From: a virus
IMG/VR virus record: IMGVR_UViG_3300025411_000008
Location: 32,001 to 96,000 of that record
Length of the DNA stretch: 64,000 bases
Strand: one strand, 5' to 3'
Under the pieces are notes generated by a model, which searched no databases, was not told where the DNA came from, and worked only from the letters and a program-made list of their open reading frames with translations. The position numbers were made by a program, and so were the translations under genes. Below are positions 59,079-64,000 of this stretch, in pieces; the stretch's first letter is position 1, and each line of letters begins with the position of its first letter.

Positions 59079-59376
59079 TGTTTATTCCTTTGTCATCGAT
59101 GTAAAAATCAGCAGAAGGTTTACCCATGATTAGATGATGGTACTTACAACCCCATTGCTTAAGCTGACGCTCCGTAATGTCACGGAAAAGTATTTCTACA
59201 AGCTTTGGGTCATTATTTGTCCTATGCATACCTCGAGCCGTAAAATAAACGACTGTATGACCCTCTGAATAAAGCTTGTTTATCTGATCAATACGTTCTT
59301 GAACAGGCAGTGCATTTTCATACTTACCATCAGTAAGTGTGCAGATGGTGCCATCAATATCTACAACGTATCTCAT
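59059..59376 (-). CDS. HAD-superfamily (capsule biosynthesis type) phosphatase
   Basis: VDIDGTI, YFTARG, GKP.AD.YIDDK. Confidence 0.85.
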   Translation of the reverse strand: MRYVVDIDGTICTLTDGKYENALPVQERIDQINKLYSEGHTVVYFTARGMHRTNNDPKLVEILFRDITERQLKQWGCKYHHLIMGKPSADFYIDDKGINSDDFFE

Positions 59377-59762
59377 CGTTCTAAGATCCTAGTGGTTGAA
59401 TAAGGCTCAAGTCTAGTGAAATAATCAATCTTCTTTGCGTACTCTTTACCAGGGAAGTCCTTGCCGAACCAGTCAGCACCAGCAAACCAGATATCTGGGG
59501 ATAAAGCCTTGACGATATTGATCAGTTCTTCATCTGAGTCAAAGAGTAGCGTTTGATCAACATACTTAAAAGCATCAATAACAAATTGTCTATCATACTG
59601 ATTATGGAAAGGTCGATCAGAGCCTTTCTTCTCTTTTACACGCCTATCAGTGTCGATAGCAACAGTTAGGGTGTCACCATGCGATTTGGCATGTTTTAGA
59701 AGTGCTACATGGCCTTTATGAATGACATCAAACGTGCCAGTTAAAAAGATCTTCTTATCCAT
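59373..59762 (-). CDS. cytidylyltransferase-like nucleotidyltransferase (HldE/RfaE domain II-like)
   Basis: GTFDVIHKGH (HxGH), KG..RP, G.DW, terminal YSTT. Confidence 0.85.
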   Translation of the reverse strand: MDKKIFLTGTFDVIHKGHVALLKHAKSHGDTLTVAIDTDRRVKEKKGSDRPFHNQYDRQFVIDAFKYVDQTLLFDSDEELINIVKALSPDIWFAGADWFGKDFPGKEYAKKIDYFTRLEPYSTTRILER

Positions 59763-60540
59763 TTAGATACTCGTCTACAGTCTTGAATTTGTAGTCACCC
59801 CACTCTGGCTTAGCACAGGTATACGTCTGATACTTGCCAACCAGGTGTTCTGGGAACGGTACATATTCTATAGCACCGTTATAAAGGTATGCAACTGACT
59901 CAGCAACGTCTTTAAAGCTAATTGGGTTGCTTGTGCCAAGATCATAGATGCCAGAAGGCTTATCGTTGTTGAGAACGATTTCAACAAGGTCATCAACGCA
60001 GACAAAGTCTCTCTTGAAGTTCTCTGAGCCTTCAAACAGCTTTAGAGAGCCTGTCTCTTTAATTTGGGCTGAGAACTTGCTAACAGGGCTTGCCTGGTCA
60101 CCTTTACGGCCTTCATAATCACCATATACGTTGAAGTAACGAAAACCTTGGATAAGAGAGAACTTATCCATGTTATCTTGCACCCAGTAGTCAACTGTCA
60201 GCTTTGACATAGCATATTGGTTCTTAGGGTTAGGAATACCCTGCAAATCGCCATAAACGGAAGCAGAAGAAGCATACTTAACAGGGATACCAAAAGAGAT
60301 AGCAATCTCAAAGAGGTCTATCGTGTATTCAACGTTCCAGGCATACAGTTTCTTAACATCCTTTTCAGTAGTGCTGGAGATAGCACCCTGGTGCAAAATA
60401 AGATCAACTTTATCCCATTCTTTAAAGTTATAAAGGAAGTGATAAGCATCTTCTTTATCAATAGGCAATAAAGGCTTGTTAGAAAGAACCTTGCTAAAGT
60501 TTCTACCAATGAAACCTTCTGAACCAGTCAAAATGATCAT
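59755..60540 (-). CDS. hldD: ADP-L-glycero-D-manno-heptose 6-epimerase-like SDR
   Basis: MIILTG..GFIG.N, HQGAISSTTE, YASSASVYG, YAMSK, GFRYFNVYG..E..KG.QAS, LFEGSENFKRDFVCVDD, YQTYT.A. Confidence 0.85.
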   Translation of the reverse strand: MIILTGSEGFIGRNFSKVLSNKPLLPIDKEDAYHFLYNFKEWDKVDLILHQGAISSTTEKDVKKLYAWNVEYTIDLFEIAISFGIPVKYASSASVYGDLQGIPNPKNQYAMSKLTVDYWVQDNMDKFSLIQGFRYFNVYGDYEGRKGDQASPVSKFSAQIKETGSLKLFEGSENFKRDFVCVDDLVEIVLNNDKPSGIYDLGTSNPISFKDVAESVAYLYNGAIEYVPFPEHLVGKYQTYTCAKPEWGDYKFKTVDEYLNG

Positions 60541-61265
60541 ATCGTTGTAACCCCTCTATGCTTTACCACTTCAGAAGCGCATTTATTAGCATACTCAATG
60601 CTTTTGATGATATTGCCGCAATTAGCATACTCAACGACAAGTGCTGCCATGAAAGCATCGCCTGCACCTGAGGAGTCCTTGACTTCTACCTTGTCAACGT
60701 GATAACGGTTACCGTTGTACTCGCAACCATCTCCACCCATCGTATGGATGATCTTCTTCTTGAAAGATTCTGTAACTTTGGGGTCAGAGTTCTTGTATTC
60801 GTAATCGTTGATCTTAATGATGAAAGCCTTTTTGGCCCACTTCCCTAGCTTCTTCTTAGTATCGAGGAATACACGTGGGTGTGACTTACAAATATCTTTG
60901 ATGTCGTCTTCTGTTAGATAACCTTTGTTATAGTCAGAAATAACTACAATGTCATATTCGCTGTAATCGATATCGTTTTTAAACCTACCATAGTTTGGCT
61001 CTGTATCGACTCTAATAAACATGTGGTTAGTTGCTTCATGAACGTATCTTGTCTTAGTAATAGACCGCCAATTATGGTTGGTTCTAATGTTGACGTCATC
61101 CGCAAACTTTTTGATGTTGTTTAACACGTTCAGTGCCATACCAGGATTCTTTACCTCATGCATGGCGTTTAGCACAGGTACTGGAATATCGGGTGCAAGA
61201 CGCATTGCATCACAATAAACAAATACGTCCATGCAACTTTCACCTATTACTAAAATTTTAGTCAT
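60537..61265 (-). CDS. PfkB-family sugar kinase (HldE/RfaE domain I-like)
   Basis: ILVIGE...D, RLAPD.PVPV, KTR, +RVD, SDYNKG, D..GAGD.F. Confidence 0.85.
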   Translation of the reverse strand: MTKILVIGESCMDVFVYCDAMRLAPDIPVPVLNAMHEVKNPGMALNVLNNIKKFADDVNIRTNHNWRSITKTRYVHEATNHMFIRVDTEPNYGRFKNDIDYSEYDIVVISDYNKGYLTEDDIKDICKSHPRVFLDTKKKLGKWAKKAFIIKINDYEYKNSDPKVTESFKKKIIHTMGGDGCEYNGNRYHVDKVEVKDSSGAGDAFMAALVVEYANCGNIIKSIEYANKCASEVVKHRGVTTI

Positions 61266-61747
61266 TAGAAAATAGGTAAGCCATCTTTTTTAAGATAGAT
61301 CATGGCAGGGGCCTTGATCAAATATGCATCAATCATAGCCTTTTCTGTAGCTTCACGGCTAGTAGGAAAGTAACTTTGTACATTTTTGAATACCGTAGCT
61401 AAGCGTTCAGGGTTGAGCGGACGGTGAGTAGGACCATGCGTTGGATAATCAGAATAACCAACCAACATAACAGGCAAGTTTTGTTCATCAATATCAATTT
61501 TGACTTGCTCATAAGGTCGTTCGATTACAAAAGGAGTAATTGAATAAACTACTGGACGAAACCCATCGATAGCAAGACCAGCAGCCAAGCTAGTAATTGA
61601 TTGCTCAGTGAGACCAAGGTTGAAGAACCGTTCAGGAAACTTTTCTTTGAACTCAGTCATCTCTTGCTCTACGTCGCCTGTAATCAATACGATGCGATCA
61701 TCTTTTTCAGCGAGCTTAACGATTGTCTTACCGAATGCTACTCTCAT
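61265..61747 (-). CDS. transketolase-like pyrimidine-binding subunit (lacks the C-terminal domain)
   Basis: MR.AF, RFFNLG..EQ, R.YEQ+K.D, GPTH; ends after about 160 aa. Confidence 0.85.
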   Translation of the reverse strand: MRVAFGKTIVKLAEKDDRIVLITGDVEQEMTEFKEKFPERFFNLGLTEQSITSLAAGLAIDGFRPVVYSITPFVIERPYEQVKIDIDEQNLPVMLVGYSDYPTHGPTHRPLNPERLATVFKNVQSYFPTSREATEKAMIDAYLIKAPAMIYLKKDGLPIF

Positions 61748-62469
61748 GCCAGTTCCTCCAATGCTTGCTTTTCTAGGTCTCCACCTAGCCAATTTGAGTG
61801 CCATTTAGGTTGGTTTTCCATAAAGCTTACACCCTTACCCTTGATTGTGTTTGCAACAATCAAAGTAGGAGATACTGCAGCTTCAAAATTGATGTTGATA
61901 AGATCATCGTTGTGACCATCAATTTCATGCACTTCCCAACCAGCAGCTTGTGCAGCAGCAATAAGAGCACGGTCTACGGGCATGATTTCGTCAACGTACC
62001 CAGAACCCTGGATCTTATTGTTATCTACGATAACAACCAAGTTATTGAGCTTTAGGCGTGCAGCAATAAGAATTGATTCCCAAGTAGTGCCTTCTTGGCA
62101 TTCGCCATCACCCATAAGAACAAACACTTTTTCATTTGAGTTGTTGAGCTTACGAGCAAGAGCCATCCCCATAGACACTGGGAAACCATGTCCCATGCTA
62201 CCTGCGGTGCAATAAATGCCATTCTCAGGCTCATAATGAGGGTGACCTTCAAGGGTGGGGTTATAACCTTGTTCACGCAAAAGCACATAGTATGACCAGC
62301 AGCTGTGCCCCTTGCTCAAAACAAAACGGTCATTCTTTCCCATGATTTTATCAAAAAGATTGATCAGAATTTCAGTACAACTAAAGCTACCGCCATAATG
62401 ATAACCACCATTAGCTTTGCTAATCTCAATAGCATCTCTGCGTACTTGCTTTGATCTTTCGTTTAACAT
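61744..62469 (-). CDS. transketolase-like N-terminal TPP-binding subunit
   Basis: H.GGSFS, DRFVLSKGH, GSMGHG, GDGECQEG..WE, DGH, TIKGKG. Confidence 0.9.
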   Translation of the reverse strand: MLNERSKQVRRDAIEISKANGGYHYGGSFSCTEILINLFDKIMGKNDRFVLSKGHSCWSYYVLLREQGYNPTLEGHPHYEPENGIYCTAGSMGHGFPVSMGMALARKLNNSNEKVFVLMGDGECQEGTTWESILIAARLKLNNLVVIVDNNKIQGSGYVDEIMPVDRALIAAAQAAGWEVHEIDGHNDDLININFEAAVSPTLIVANTIKGKGVSFMENQPKWHSNWLGGDLEKQALEELA

Positions 62470-63035
62470 TAATTGGCCTTTCCAGATAGATTGCAAATTA
62501 GAATTTTTTTATCTTCATCGTAATCAAACTCACATGCGTTGTCATACTCTTTAATATAGTTAATTAATTTTTGCTTTGTAGTTTCTTCATCACCAAAATC
62601 AAGAGCCATACCACTAGAAGAATCACCAAGCAGATCAATATCATCAATCAGAATAGTGTGAGCTTTGCGAGGGCGAGCAAAGATTACGTTTAACTCATCC
62701 ATCAAAGGAACTGCTGGGTGTTCTACATTCGGGTCACCGCTTGCGCTGTGAGCATCGAGCCAGAAATCTAGCGGGACATCATAAGGCTCAATCATCTCTG
62801 ATAATTTTTCTTTTGAGTCGCCTAGAAATAACACTACTCTGTTGTCATTATCAAACTTGCTACAACAATTATCGTAGAAAGATTTATTGAACTCAACAGT
62901 TATAACCTTTTCATAACCAAGACCAAGTGCTATTTCTACTGTATAGCCATGTTGTGTACCAGTTTCTACAAAGATATTATTTCTCTTATATTTAGAGAAC
63001 ATCAATGTCATTGCTTCTGTGCTTCTATCTGCCAT
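62469..63035 (-). CDS. class I SAM-dependent methyltransferase-like protein of glycan clusters
   Basis: FVETGT..G, TVE, GDS, FWLDAH, ILIDD. Confidence 0.6.
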   Translation of the reverse strand: MADRSTEAMTLMFSKYKRNNIFVETGTQHGYTVEIALGLGYEKVITVEFNKSFYDNCCSKFDNDNRVVLFLGDSKEKLSEMIEPYDVPLDFWLDAHSASGDPNVEHPAVPLMDELNVIFARPRKAHTILIDDIDLLGDSSSGMALDFGDEETTKQKLINYIKEYDNACEFDYDEDKKILICNLSGKAN

Positions 63036-64000
63036 TATTCCATCTCAATCATTATTCTACCGGCAATGCCGCTTCTAAGTGTATCAAATGCTTCATTTAC
63101 TTCGTCAAGTTTATATCTGTGAGTAATGAACTCATCAATATAAAGCTTCCCAGCCTTCTCGAGCTTAACATAACGCAAGATATCGTTAGAAGGATCTGTC
63201 TTGCCACCCTGGGTAGCCTTGATACTAAGACCATTACCATTAAAGAAGCTGAGTGCATTGACGATTTCAAGTGACGTTCCTGGCTTGGGTTGACCCACAA
63301 GAATCATTCGGCCATTGTTAGATAGATAGCCAAAGCTCTTCTTAATAACATCGACGTTTCCAGTCGTATCAATAACAACGTCTACTTTACCTTCAAACTC
63401 TGTTTCTGAAGTGTTGTAAAAGAAGTCAGCACCAGCCATGAATGAAAGGTCGCGCTTGCTTTCATTGTTGTCAATAGCAACAATTGGGCTAAGGCTACGC
63501 ATAGCTGCACCTTGGATGAGGTTAAGCCCTACACCACCCGTACCGACAACTGCAACGCTTTCACCAAACTTAAAATCGCACTCATTGTCGATAATACCTA
63601 GTGCGGTAGTCAAACTGCATCCAAGGAGCGCAGCGAGGTCATTAGGGGTCTCTGAAGGGACTGTAGTGAGTCGGTTCTCTGACACGATAGCCCACTGAGC
63701 AAGAGTATTTACCTTGCCACTACTAAAAGTCTTGTCACCAAGGGTGTACTGAGGAAACGCAGCATCGATACCAGTACCTGGTCGCCAGTGCATAACAACC
63801 TTGTCACCTACTTTAACAGTGGTTACTCCAGGGCCAATGTCTTCTACAATGCCACAACCCTCATGACCCATAAGGTGAGGAAGGAACTTGCCATTACCCT
63901 TGTTGCCATTGATCTCGTGTAGTTGTGAGCCACAGATACCGCTGACAAGGACACGAACCTGTACTTGACCCACTTGGAGCTCAGTAAGGCCAACATCTTC
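63035..64000 (-). CDS. Zn-dependent alcohol/sugar dehydrogenase (MDR family), 5' end beyond the window
   Basis: GICGSQ, GHEG.G.V, GCSL.T, G.GGVG; frame open to the window edge; structural-Zn Cys loop absent. Confidence 0.9.
   Translation of the reverse strand, partial: EDVGLTELQVGQVQVRVLVSGICGSQLHEINGNKGNGKFLPHLMGHEGCGIVEDIGPGVTTVKVGDKVVMHWRPGTGIDAAFPQYTLGDKTFSSGKVNTLAQWAIVSENRLTTVPSETPNDLAALLGCSLTTALGIIDNECDFKFGESVAVVGTGGVGLNLIQGAAMRSLSPIVAIDNNESKRDLSFMAGADFFYNTSETEFEGKVDVVIDTTGNVDVIKKSFGYLSNNGRMILVGQPKPGTSLEIVNALSFFNGNGLSIKATQGGKTDPSNDILRYVKLEKAGKLYIDEFITHRYKLDEVNEAFDTLRSGIAGRIMIEME

Noticed and set aside
1-64000. CRISPR array, alternative genetic code, integrase or terminase
   Set aside because: No regularly spaced repeats were seen; genes are full length and tightly packed under code 11, with all three stop codons used; no integrase or terminase motifs are in this window.

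Overview
The window is a 64-kb segment of a large tailed dsDNA phage with a contractile tail. Essentially all genes are on the minus strand in tightly coupled operons. The host is very likely an actinomycete: the window carries a WhiB-family regulator, an Rpf-like lysozyme and a perfect match to the actinobacterial anti-SD, and from recall the major capsid protein resembles that of Bxz1/Myrna-type (cluster C) mycobacteriophages. In transcription order (right to left) it contains: (1) a nucleotide-sugar operon resembling ADP-heptose biosynthesis; (2) four tRNAs; (3) a block of large, charged, Cys/His-rich hypothetical proteins; (4) the head module (portal, protease, scaffold, decoration protein, MCP); (5) Ser-Gly-rich fibres, a lysin and neck genes with an inserted endonuclease; (6) sheath, tube, frameshifted chaperones, tape measure and baseplate; (7) an SNF2 helicase, Rpf, WhiB, a GT4 glycosyltransferase and tRNA-Thr. 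The two strongest candidates for undescribed systems are (a) phage-encoded heptose-type sugar synthesis paired with virion proteins saturated with x-S-G motifs, suggesting virion O-glycosylation, and (b) a shared F-[ND]-x-K-x-A leader and [KR]-x-A-[SA] motif across head proteins and the Cys-rich block, suggesting a capsid-targeting and maturation-cleavage code for packaged cargo. All calls were made by eye from motifs and synteny; no database searches were run.
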